A DNA stretch of 64,000 nucleotides from positions 7,264,001-7,328,000 of the forward strand of contig OZ250169.1 of assembly GCA_965237955.1 (NCBI GenBank). The letters are read 5' to 3'. Shown one piece after another: positions 38,952-48,131 of the stretch. Under the pieces are notes generated by a model that was not told where the DNA came from, did no database searches, and saw only the letters and a program-made list of their open reading frames with translations. How positions within the stretch are numbered: the first letter of the stretch is position 1; each line of letters opens with the position of its first letter. Source of the DNA: Candidatus Marinacidobacterales bacterium. Its GTDB lineage: Bacteria; Acidobacteriota; Vicinamibacteria; Marinacidobacterales; SMYC01. A program made the position numbers and the translations under genes.

Positions 38952-39641
38952 TCAGCGTTTCCTGAACACCAGGAAGTACTGACCCTTCATGAGCGGAATC
39001 TCTTTCACCAGGTCGAAGCCGGCGTCCTTGATCTCGTCGCTGAAGGTGCCTTTTCCGGCCCGTACGTGCTCGAAGTAGAAATCCTCTGTGACACCGCGGA
39101 CCCGTTCGAACTCGATGATCGCCAACTGGCCGCCGGGTCTCAAAGCCTGGCGAATCGAGGCCAGCATGTCCTCGGGGTACTCGAAGTGATGATAGGCGTC
39201 GCAGGCAAGCACCAGGTCCACCGAGCCCGTGTTGAGCGTCGTGCTCCGGAATTCTCCCAGCACCGGGAGGAGGTTGTCGACCCCTTCCTTCGACGCCGCG
39301 TCGCGCAGGTAGTCGACGGCCTGAGGCGAGATCTCCACCGCGTAGACCTTTCCGTTCAGCCCTACCTCCCGCGCCATGAGACGGGCGATGAATCCCGTGC
39401 CGGCGCCGACGTCGGCAACGTCCATCCCCGGCTCGAGCGCCAGGGCGGCAACAATGGCGTGCCGATACTTGTAGATGGCACGGTCCTCGCGCTCGAGAAC
39501 GGCCTCGATGCGGTTCATGTCGGGATCGGCATAGCGTTCGTTGATGCCCGGTTTGACGCTCGCCTCTTGAGGGAGCGCAAAACTGGCGGCGCACATCCAC
39601 GCCAGACTGGTGATGATCAAGGGAGCTCTCGAATCGAGCAC
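38952..39641 (-). CDS. Secreted class I SAM-dependent methyltransferase
   Basis: VADVGAGTG, VYAVEI, DAYHHFEYP, LRPGG. Confidence 0.85.
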   Translation of the reverse strand: MLDSRAPLIITSLAWMCAASFALPQEASVKPGINERYADPDMNRIEAVLEREDRAIYKYRHAIVAALALEPGMDVADVGAGTGFIARLMAREVGLNGKVYAVEISPQAVDYLRDAASKEGVDNLLPVLGEFRSTTLNTGSVDLVLACDAYHHFEYPEDMLASIRQALRPGGQLAIIEFERVRGVTEDFYFEHVRAGKGTFSDEIKDAGFDLVKEIPLMKGQYFLVFRKR

Positions 39642-39728
39642 GCGGACCTCCTTTCGGCCGACTGAGTCTACAGCAGCGCGATCGCTCGGTCGAGTCGGCG
39701 CATGCCGTGTCAGGGTAACCGTTCGGAA

Positions 39729-40190
39729 GGATAGGAAATTTCATGGCCCATCGAGAAGCGTGTTCCTCCAATTTCCTGGCCTTGCATGCGGCTCAGCGAG
39801 TTTATTGAAGCTCGCTGAGGGTATCAGGTCGTAGGGATCTTTGAAACCAGCTCAGACTGGCTCTTGGTGGGGAGGTCGGTGTATGAACAGGCAGAAATCG
39901 GGCCGCGGTTGACGGGGAGAGAACGAGTGGCTTTGGGGAACGGTTGCACGAGCTAAGGAGGAGCGCGCGAGTCCGTTGTTCGGGTCTTCAAATGCGACAA
40001 GATCTTTTGAATGGCCTTGTCGTCGGTAATGAACGCGATGACGCGGAAGGTGCCGCCGCAATCGCATTGCAACGGATCGACGAGATACACGCGTCGAATA
40101 AGGGCGCGCCCAGTGTCTTCTGAGGGCGGCGCGCTTTTGCGGTGAAGGAGGGGGTTCATCCTGAGCTTGGTGGGTGTCCTTGGTGCCGAA
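39729..40190 (-). mobile_element. IS91/ISCR-like remnant: transposase C-terminus plus putative oriIS end
   Basis: LIRRVYLVDPLQCDCGGTFRVIAFITD..KILSHL..RAPP stop (39953); AATTTCCTATCC about 220 bp downstream. Confidence 0.7.
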
Positions 40191-40191
40191 C

Positions 40192-40660
40192 GCAGGATTC
40201 TGAAAGCGCACGATTTGATCACGAGTCCGGCGTACGTGCTGCTCCGGGCGTCGGACAGCTTCACGCAACCGACCCGACACGTAAACGAGCTTTGGCAAAC
40301 AAACTTCACGCATCTGCGTGTGGTGGGCTGGGGTTGGTACTACTTGTCGACGGTGCTGGACGACTTTTCACGTTACATCATCGCGTGGATACTCTCACCC
40401 ACGATGGTTACGTCCGACGTCGAGAACACGCTCGATTTAGCGTTGGAGCGGACGGGGCTCACCCAGATCCAAGTACGTCATCGGCCGCGCCTACTCAGCG
40501 ACAATGGGCCCGCATATGTCTCGAGGAGCTGGAGCGCTATCTCAGCTCTGTCGGCATGACGCATACGCGAGTCGCGCCCTATCACCCGATGACTCAAGGC
40601 AAGATCGAGCGCTGGCATCGCTCGATGAAGAACGTGGTCAAGTTGGAGCATTACTACTCG
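40192..40660 (+). pseudogene. IS3-family transposase (rve) fragment, frameshifted
   Basis: NELWQTNFT..WYYLSTVLDDFSRYI..LLSDNGP / APYHPMTQGKIERWHRSMK. Confidence 0.85.
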
Positions 40661-41250
40661 CCTGGTACTGGGCCCACAAGAAGGGGAAGGATAGGACAAT
40701 CGACGTCCGGTCCTACACCAACTGCGAGAGCGTCGAGCTGTTTCTCAACGGCAAGAGCAAGGGACGCAAGGACAGGCAGCCGAACTCGAGCCTGTCGTGG
40801 CAGGTCGAGTGGGAGCCTGGAGTTCTGGAGGCGAAGGGCTACCGGGACGGAAAGCTCGTCGCCGAGACGAGGAGAGAGACGGCGGGGGAGCCGGCCGGCA
40901 TCGCGCTCGAGCCCGATCGCTCGAGCATTAACGCGGACGGGGAAGACGTTTCCCTCGTGAAGGTCAGAATCCTCGACGCGCAGGGTCGACTGGTGCCGAC
41001 GGCCGGGAACGAGGTAAAATTCACGGTGGAGGGCCCGGGGGAGATCATCGGAGTCGGGAACGGCGACCCCTCGAGCCACGAGCCAGACAAAGCGGAGAGT
41101 CGCAGCGCCTTCAACGGCCTGTGCCTGGTCATCATCCAGGGGGCGAAGAAGCCGGGTGCAATCAAGCTTACGGCGGAGTCTGAAGGCCTGGAGAAGACCG
41201 TCGTTGAGATAACGGCGCTAAAGGCGCCGATACGACCGAGAGTACAGTGA
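40661..41250 (+). pseudogene. GH2 beta-galactosidase C-terminal fragment
   Basis: YTNCESVELFLNGKS..WEPGVLEA..IIGVGNGDPSSHE..AFNGLCLVIIQ. Confidence 0.85.
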
Positions 41251-41600
41251 TGGGTGACCGTCCGCGACCCATTCGCGAAAGACCTAGCCAAATACGTTTC
41301 CGAAGGTGCCAGCGTGCTCGACGTTGGCTGTGGCATTGGAGCTGTCACGGTCCACGCCGTCAGAGGCGGCCGGATCAACCGGTCGAGTCGTCGGCCTCGA
41401 CCCAATGGACTTCCTCTTGAATAAAGGAAAGGAAAAGACGACAGCGCACCCCGTCGAGTGGGTATTGGGCGGCGTCGAGACGCTGGAGTATGACGACGCC
41501 ACTTTCGACGTCGTTCTAAGTCACCAGGCACTTCAGTACATCGCCGACCCCCTCGTCGCGATGAATGCGATGGCGCCAGTCACGAAAGCAGGCGGGCTCA
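41250..41600 (+). pseudogene. Class I methyltransferase remnant, frameshifted
   Basis: VLDVGCGIG in one frame; GRVVGLDP..FDVVLSHQALQY in another. Confidence 0.65.
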
Positions 41601-41620
41601 AGCCAGGAGTGGCAGGAATA

Positions 41621-43060
41621 GTGCGAATTGGCGCTGCTCACGCGGCCGTGGCGGCTCTCCTCTCGATCTCGGCCTGCGCGCCGCCACCCGACGCAGCCGA
41701 GCGCAGCGGCCCGCGGTGGCTCGCCGGCGACCACCACATACACAGCCGCTACAGCGTCGGGTGGAACCGGGCGACGGATCCGCCTGCGCCCATCGTCGCG
41801 GGCGACGCCATCTATCCCATCCCCCTGAACGCTCTGATGGCGCGTCACTACGGGCTCGGCTGGATGGTGGCGACCGACCACGGCGGGCCGAACCACGGCA
41901 AGGTGAACCTGGAGCGGGCCTACCCGGAGCTAGTGCAGTCGCGTGAGGTGGTGCCCGAAATCATCCAGTTCTTCGGCATGGAGTTCGACACCCCGGGTGC
42001 GGAGCACTCGAGCCTCATCATCCCCCACACCCACGACGAGGCTGACCGCCTCCATCAGATCGAGTCCAGCTACGCCACACGCGAGCCCTGGCCGCCGGAT
42101 CCGGCCTGGGACACCCCTCCGCGGATGTTGGAGGCGCTCGCGACCATCCGGGACTTTCCGGCGCCACCCGTCGTGATCGCGAATCACCCCTCGCGCTCGT
42201 CCACGGATCTGGGGGTCTACGGTTGCAACTCGCCGTCGGTGCTTCGAGACTGGAACGACACGGCGCCGGAGGTCGCGGTGGGAATGGCCGGGGCCCCGGG
42301 GCATCAGGCGTCCACGCTGAACCCCGACGGGACCCTTGATCCGGGGCGTTCCCGGGGCGGCTACGGTCGCTATCCCACTCTCGGTGGCTTCGATCAGGTG
42401 ACGGCTCGCCTGGGCGGCTTCTGGGACTCCATGCTCGGCGAGGGACGGCGGTGGTGGATCACCGCCAACTCCGACTCCCACGTGAACTGGCGCGAAGGCG
42501 GCTCCGACTTCTGGCCCGGGGAGTACTCCAAGACCTACGTCTGGGCCGAGCGGAACCACGACGCGATCCTCGAAGGCATCCGAGGCGGTCGGATCTTCGT
42601 GACGACGGGAGACCTCATCTCTGAGCTCTCCGTCACGGCTCGAGTGAAGGGTGGGGGCGTCGATGTGCAGATCGGAGGGCAGCTCGACGTCCCCGCCGGG
42701 GGAGCAGTCGACGTGACGGTGCGCTTCCTAGATCCCGCCACACCGAACTCTCACGGAGACGAGCCGAGCGTCTCCCGTGTCGATCTCATCGCCGGTGATG
42801 TGACCGGTCCCGTGACCGACCGGTCCACCGACACCAACCTCACGACCCGCGTCGTGGCGCGCTTCGGGGAGAACGACTGGACGAGCGACGGACCTTATCG
42901 TGGGCTCACCTTTCGCCTGGAGGACGTGTCGGCCGACAGCTACCTGCGCGTGCGGGGGACCGACGGCTCCGAGCTTGAGCCCGAGCCCGACCCCTGGGGC
43001 GAGGACCCCTGGTCCGACCTTTGGTTCTACTCCAACCCGATCTTCCTGCACGTCCGCTGA
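41621..43060 (+). CDS. PHP-domain phosphoesterase lipoprotein
   Basis: Lipobox ISAC, WLAGDHHIHS, ATDHGG, ANHP, ANSDSH, WFYSNPIF. Confidence 0.85.
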   Translation: MRIGAAHAAVAALLSISACAPPPDAAERSGPRWLAGDHHIHSRYSVGWNRATDPPAPIVAGDAIYPIPLNALMARHYGLGWMVATDHGGPNHGKVNLERAYPELVQSREVVPEIIQFFGMEFDTPGAEHSSLIIPHTHDEADRLHQIESSYATREPWPPDPAWDTPPRMLEALATIRDFPAPPVVIANHPSRSSTDLGVYGCNSPSVLRDWNDTAPEVAVGMAGAPGHQASTLNPDGTLDPGRSRGGYGRYPTLGGFDQVTARLGGFWDSMLGEGRRWWITANSDSHVNWREGGSDFWPGEYSKTYVWAERNHDAILEGIRGGRIFVTTGDLISELSVTARVKGGGVDVQIGGQLDVPAGGAVDVTVRFLDPATPNSHGDEPSVSRVDLIAGDVTGPVTDRSTDTNLTTRVVARFGENDWTSDGPYRGLTFRLEDVSADSYLRVRGTDGSELEPEPDPWGEDPWSDLWFYSNPIFLHVR

Positions 43061-43239
43061 GATCCGGGAACGGTCAATCACCCCACCACGTATGAGTCGA
43101 TCGCCGCCTGCGTCGAGCTCTTGCTTGGCGGCGCCGGCCGAGTGCCCCCGATGGGACACTCGGGTTGGGTCTGTTCGATGTCAAGGCACTCGAATACGTC
43201 CAAGGTGTCGAGGATATGATCTCCGATCTTGAGCAACGG

Positions 43240-43528
43240 TTCCGCCTCGTAACAAAATCCAACCACCTCGCCCTCAGGCGAGAGGCGATGAATTACATTC
43301 ATAATTGATTTTTTCGTGTTGGCGATCACGCCCGGCGATTCAGGCTTAGACCGACCCGGGTACGCCACCGCTACCGCGATCGTGTCCTTGTGTACGTCCA
43401 GTCCCACGTATCCGCTATACTCTTCCACGACCTGTCCTCCTTGATTATGGCTCTGGGCCTTCGTGCTAAATCCTCGAAAGCTTAGCCCACGCCCTCAAGG
43501 TCAGGGCAGGTTCAATACATTATGTCTA
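43240..43528 (-). mobile_element. IS110 family remnant: left non-coding end plus transposase N-terminus
   Basis: YVGLDVHKDTIAVAVA..FCYEA (DEDD RuvC start) with GGAGG RBS; structured upstream region. Confidence 0.8.
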
Positions 43529-43587
43529 TCCTTTGATATGGGGAATATTGGAGAATACAAAAAGAAGGAAGAATTAAAAAGGAGGAC

Positions 43588-45678
43588 ATGATGAAAAAAA
43601 TCCATAATTTGAAACTTTTTGGATTGGTGGCCTTCCTGGCTTTTGCTTTGGTTTTTATTGGTATTGACTTTATTGAAGGCCAAGTAAGAACAACAAGAGG
43701 CAAGCCTGAAAACCAACCTGGCAATCCTGATAACCCTAACAAAGGAGGCCATAAAACCCAAGACCGCCCAGCACTAGAAGATTACAAGATCATGCCTATC
43801 TTTCATCGATATCCCGTGTCGGACCCGCAGATATCCCCCGACGGAACTCAGGTGCTCTTCACCTACACGACTACAAATATGACGAAAGACAGGTACGACA
43901 CTCACATCTGGTCATTATCTCTGGATGAGAAATTGCCGAAGCAGTTTACCTATGGCAAAGGCAACGATAGCCATCCTCGGTGGTCTCCTGATGGGAAGAC
44001 CATCCTGTTCCTCTCCAACCGGTTGAACGGGCAGAAGAATCAGATCTTCGTGATGCCAGCCGACGGGGGCGAAGCAAGGAGTCTCACCGCTATAGAGGAA
44101 GGCGCCCAGTGGCCATCCTGGTCCCCTGATGGAAAGACCATCCTCTTCTCCTCCCAGGTAGCCATGGGCGAGAATGCAGACGGTAGCGATGTAAATATCG
44201 TCCGACGTATCACATACAAGGTTCATAGTGGCAGCTTCATACGGGGAAGGAGGACGCACCTCTTCTCCGTCCCCTCAAGGGGAGGGAAGATAAGGCAGCT
44301 GACGGACGGAGAGTTCGATGTGGAATCAGCCGTCTTTTCCCCCGACGGTAGTCGCGTGGCCTTCATCTCCAATCTAGAGGAGTATGCGGACCTCTCCGAA
44401 TTTAAGCACCTCTACACCATTCCCTCGAAAGGAGGAGATCCGGAGTTCCTATGGGAGAATGAAAAAGTGAGTAGGCTTTACTCCTTGGGTTGGTCTCCAG
44501 ATGGTAAATATCTCGCGTTCAATGGACTCGTGCCCAGTGCCACTCACATGTCACCCCTAACAGGACTCCGTGGCCCTGCAGGGGCAGAGCCTAAACTAGT
44601 CTCACAAATCAATAGGGGCATCTGGATCCTTCCTGTTGGAGGTGGGGAGCCCAGGAACCTTACAGCCGAATTTGATAGGGCGGCGGACTGGGCGCTCACG
44701 CCGGTTCCGCGAAAATGGTCTCCTGACTCCAAGTATGTCTACTTCAAGATTCACAACCATGGCTGCATTCATCTCTTGAGGGTCAGCTTGGAGGGAGAAG
44801 TGGAGTATATGACCGAGGGAAAGATAAACGTTGGTCTCTTCGGCTTCAGCTTTGACAGGACTGGCTCCATCCTCGCCTTCACCGCGTCGGATATCATGAC
44901 GCCATATGAACTCTGGATAAAGGATGAGAAGGGCATGAGGCGCCTCACGGATATGAACAGGAATCTGCTGAGGAAGCTGAGGTTGAGTGAGCCGGAGGAG
45001 TTCTGGTTCACTGCCAGTGACGGCGTCCAGGTCCAAGGATGGATCGTCAAGCCTCAGGGTTTCAAGGAGGGCGAAAAGTACCCGACGGTTCTCCAAGTTC
45101 ACGGGGGGCCAGGTTATGGCGACTATGGCTTTGTGTTCGCGGCATCTGAGCACGAGTTCCAAGTGCTCGCCGACCATGGTTTTGCGGTGTTCTACACGAA
45201 TCCCCGTGGGAGCACTGGGTACGGTGCGGCCTTCAAGGATACCGCTGGTCGCCGTGGTGAACGAGATTATCAGGACCTCATGGAGGCCGTAGACTACGTC
45301 ACCGAGACCTACCCCTTCGTCGACCCAGAGAGGCTGGGCGTCACTGGAGGTTCCTTTGGCGGCTTCATGACGAACTGGATCATAGGGCATACTGACCGGT
45401 TCAAGGCAGCTGTCTCGCAGAGGAGCGGCTCGCGCGCGCCCATGGCCTATGTAAAGAACATGAAGACGCCGCTCTTGATCATCCACTCAGAGCTGGATTT
45501 TATTGCCCCGATTCATCAGGCTGAACGGCTTTTCGTAGCGTTGAAGGAGCTGAAAAGGGTCGTCGAGTTCGTCAGGTTCCCCGGGGAGAACCATCAACTT
45601 TCTAGGGATGGGGGGCCAAAGAACAGGGTAGAGCGACTCCAGCATATAGTCAGATGGTTCGATAGATACCTAAGGTAA
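43588..45678 (+). CDS. S9 family peptidase (WD40/PD40 propeller plus alpha/beta hydrolase)
   Basis: WSPDG repeats, VHGGP, NPRGSTGYG, GGSFGG, IIHSELD, FPGENH. Confidence 0.9.
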   Translation: MMKKIHNLKLFGLVAFLAFALVFIGIDFIEGQVRTTRGKPENQPGNPDNPNKGGHKTQDRPALEDYKIMPIFHRYPVSDPQISPDGTQVLFTYTTTNMTKDRYDTHIWSLSLDEKLPKQFTYGKGNDSHPRWSPDGKTILFLSNRLNGQKNQIFVMPADGGEARSLTAIEEGAQWPSWSPDGKTILFSSQVAMGENADGSDVNIVRRITYKVHSGSFIRGRRTHLFSVPSRGGKIRQLTDGEFDVESAVFSPDGSRVAFISNLEEYADLSEFKHLYTIPSKGGDPEFLWENEKVSRLYSLGWSPDGKYLAFNGLVPSATHMSPLTGLRGPAGAEPKLVSQINRGIWILPVGGGEPRNLTAEFDRAADWALTPVPRKWSPDSKYVYFKIHNHGCIHLLRVSLEGEVEYMTEGKINVGLFGFSFDRTGSILAFTASDIMTPYELWIKDEKGMRRLTDMNRNLLRKLRLSEPEEFWFTASDGVQVQGWIVKPQGFKEGEKYPTVLQVHGGPGYGDYGFVFAASEHEFQVLADHGFAVFYTNPRGSTGYGAAFKDTAGRRGERDYQDLMEAVDYVTETYPFVDPERLGVTGGSFGGFMTNWIIGHTDRFKAAVSQRSGSRAPMAYVKNMKTPLLIIHSELDFIAPIHQAERLFVALKELKRVVEFVRFPGENHQLSRDGGPKNRVERLQHIVRWFDRYLR

Positions 45679-45744
45679 ACGTGAGATCTTTATCTGAAAG
45701 ATGAAATAACTATTTGGGTTCCACATCAATGTTCGCACAACTAT

Positions 45745-46035
45745 CACCTGCAGAAGAAAGCGGAGAAGGCAACGAAACAGGCGCAGGCGATCGCATGGAA
45801 AGCGCAGAAGCGGCTGTGCGATCGACCTAGGGACCGAGAGACGATGATGGAATCAGGAAGCCCCCGACAGGGGCTTTTGGAATCAGGAGGTGAGTCACCA
45901 CAACACACTATACCGCTGGAGGCATCGCACCGATGTGGCCAGGGCACGAGGAGCCCGGTTGGAGAATCCTCGTAATTGACTAAGAGTCTCCCCTCCTGGG
46001 AGCACGCTCGAGGATAGAGAGAGGCAGCTCCGCGA
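45745..46035 (+). mobile_element. IS110 family remnant: transposase C-terminal piece plus 3' non-coding region, cut by IS5
   Basis: HLQKKAEKATKQAQAIAWKAQKRLCDR (IS110 'AWKAQxRL' motif), then non-coding GGAGAATCCTCG...GAGGCAGCTCCGCGA. Confidence 0.65.
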
Positions 46036-47122
46036 TGCCTTGGTGCACAACTCCGATAGAGGCCGAGAGCTCGCTTGGCCCCGACTCCCATCATCCGATC
46101 ATCTCGCTATCAGGCATCCCGAGCGCCGTCATCGTGTTGAGAATCTTGCACCCGATCCTTGCCTCGACTCTCTGTGCCGCTAACCCTCTCGCTCGCATCG
46201 CTGAGCCCACGATAGCCTTGTAGCGATGGAACGTTGTCTCGACTTTGCTCCGTTTGCTGTAGCCCGATTCTGTGTGCCACTTTCGTTTGCCGAGCCGAGC
46301 TTGTGCTGCAATGTTGCGATTGCGCTGTCGGCTGCTCGCCGGCCCCGATGCGAGCTGGGCGCCCTTGCGCGGCGGTATCAGCACCCTCGGCGAGCAATGA
46401 GCGCTGTGATTCTCGATTGCCTCATAGACGCCGCCGGCGTCGTATGCGGTGTCAGCTCTGGCCGATGAGATGGGACTGTCGATCTGTCCGACAAGCGATG
46501 CAACCCGCGATGAATCGCGGGCTCTTTTGCTCGTCAGCTCGCCGGCGACGACTTCGCCACTCTGCTCGTCGACACACAGATGGAGCTTGCGATAGTCCCT
46601 GCTCTTTGGTGCTCTGCGCAGCTGGCCGGCGTGGACAGCGAGACCGCTGCTGTCGATCAAGATGTGCAACGGCGTCTTCTGCTTGTCTTGGTAGAAGGGG
46701 ACCTTACCCAGCTTCGCCTTGCGCCTCGAGATCGTGGTGTGATCGGGCACATCATTGTCTAGCTTCATCAGAGCGAACAACGATCGCAGCAATCCCTCGC
46801 TCTGCCTAGATGACAGATGAAACACCATGCCCAGGGTGACAGCCGTCTCGATGGCGTGGTTCGAGTACTTGCGTTGACGGCCCGGTTTCCTCCTCCTCGG
46901 CCGGGGCGCGTCCCAGTTCACAAGCTTGCCGGCGGTGAGCGAGATCCAGACGGTCAGGCTCCCACGGTTGCGTAGACCCGCCTCATATTCACGCCAATTC
47001 CTCACGCGATAGGCCTTCTTCACATACTTCCGCTGAGTGCGTTTGAAAATGCTCATGGGGAACCTCGAATCCGTGAGTAAAGGACAATTGTGGACCGAGA
47101 TCGCGAGTTGTGCACCAAGGCA
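46036..47122 (-). mobile_element. IS5 family (IS903 group), copy 3
   Basis: Same 18-bp IRs. Confidence 0.92.
46091..47056 (-). CDS. IS5 family DDE transposase
   Basis: Protein identical to copies 1 and 2 from MSIFK. Confidence 0.93.
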   Translation of the reverse strand: MSIFKRTQRKYVKKAYRVRNWREYEAGLRNRGSLTVWISLTAGKLVNWDAPRPRRRKPGRQRKYSNHAIETAVTLGMVFHLSSRQSEGLLRSLFALMKLDNDVPDHTTISRRKAKLGKVPFYQDKQKTPLHILIDSSGLAVHAGQLRRAPKSRDYRKLHLCVDEQSGEVVAGELTSKRARDSSRVASLVGQIDSPISSARADTAYDAGGVYEAIENHSAHCSPRVLIPPRKGAQLASGPASSRQRNRNIAAQARLGKRKWHTESGYSKRSKVETTFHRYKAIVGSAMRARGLAAQRVEARIGCKILNTMTALGMPDSEMIG

Positions 47123-47135
47123 GTGAGCCGTCGCA

Positions 47136-47861
47136 TCAGTCCGAAAACGCGAGAGACAGTCCACGCAACGCGGGCCCGCCCGTGACCTTGGACGTCCAGA
47201 CCTCACCGGCCAGGACGGGAAGCGCCCCCGTCATCGTACCCGTGGTCACGATCTCACCGGCCTCGAGGAATGGCTCGTCAGGCTGCCTCTCGAGAATCTC
47301 GACGAGCCGTTCGATGGCGCGAAGCGGCCCTCCCAGAACGCTCTTCCCTTCCCCGCGCGCCACAACCTCCCCGTTTCGTGAAAGCGAGACCTGCAGCCCC
47401 TCCAGCTGGGTCGAATCCGTTCGTGGCTCTCCGACGTGTAACGTTCGATGCAGACCAAAATCGGCGACCGCGTCGGCGCAACTGAATTTCCAATCAGGAT
47501 AGTGGCATTGAACGATCTCGTAGCCGAGCGCGGCCCACTCGATTTCCAGAGGTGTCAACGAAGAGAGCTTCAGCACGACCTCGAGCTCGATTCGTGGTCC
47601 CACCGCGCCATCGAGAGAATGCCGCTCGTTCTGAAACGAGACCGTGGTGTCGTAAATCGGTGCCCAGATGGGCTCCGTCAGTCCCAGCTCGGCCCAGATC
47701 GTCTCGTTCGTGAAGCCGAGCTTTCTTCCGACCATGCGATGGCCTTGCTCGATCAGAGATCGGCGCAATTGCGCACCCACTTGGTAGGCTTCCCGGAGCT
47801 CCAAGCCCTGAGGCGAGATCAAGCCCGAGGCCGCGCGGGCTTCGAGGAGCTCGTTCACCAT
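47136..47861 (-). CDS. 2-keto-4-pentenoate hydratase-like (FAH superfamily)
   Basis: AYQV, GRKLGFTN, PRIELEV, ADFGLH, VLGGPL, GEIVTTGTMT. Confidence 0.85.
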   Translation of the reverse strand: MVNELLEARAASGLISPQGLELREAYQVGAQLRRSLIEQGHRMVGRKLGFTNETIWAELGLTEPIWAPIYDTTVSFQNERHSLDGAVGPRIELEVVLKLSSLTPLEIEWAALGYEIVQCHYPDWKFSCADAVADFGLHRTLHVGEPRTDSTQLEGLQVSLSRNGEVVARGEGKSVLGGPLRAIERLVEILERQPDEPFLEAGEIVTTGTMTGALPVLAGEVWTSKVTGGPALRGLSLAFSD

Positions 47862-47929
47862 CCGATCACGTAGCTGTCACCGGTCGGGCTCACGCCTCCC
47901 ATCAGGGCTCCCGAGACGGCGTCGATGAG

Positions 47930-48120
47930 AACGGCCTTCACCAAGCCCACTCCGCGATAGTCCCGAATCTCGAGATCGTGCCCCTGGAGCGACGGACGGC
48001 GAGATCTTCGAGGCAAACCAGATCATCGCCTATTTCAACTACGCGAACCGTGCTCTCAATGGTCTCGGTGTGACGACGACGGGCGACGTGCTTGGAACAT
48101 CGCCGCGTACGGAGAGATAG
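47930..48120 (+). pseudogene. AhpD/peroxidase-related enzyme C-terminal remnant
   Basis: WSDG-EIFEANQIIAYFNYANRALNGLGV. Confidence 0.6.
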
Positions 48121-48131
48121 GACACGCTCCC

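Noticed and set aside
41306-43060. Apparent methyltransferase-PHP fusion protein
   Set aside because: The methyltransferase part is a frameshifted remnant; the PHP gene has its own RBS, GTG and lipoprotein signal at 41621
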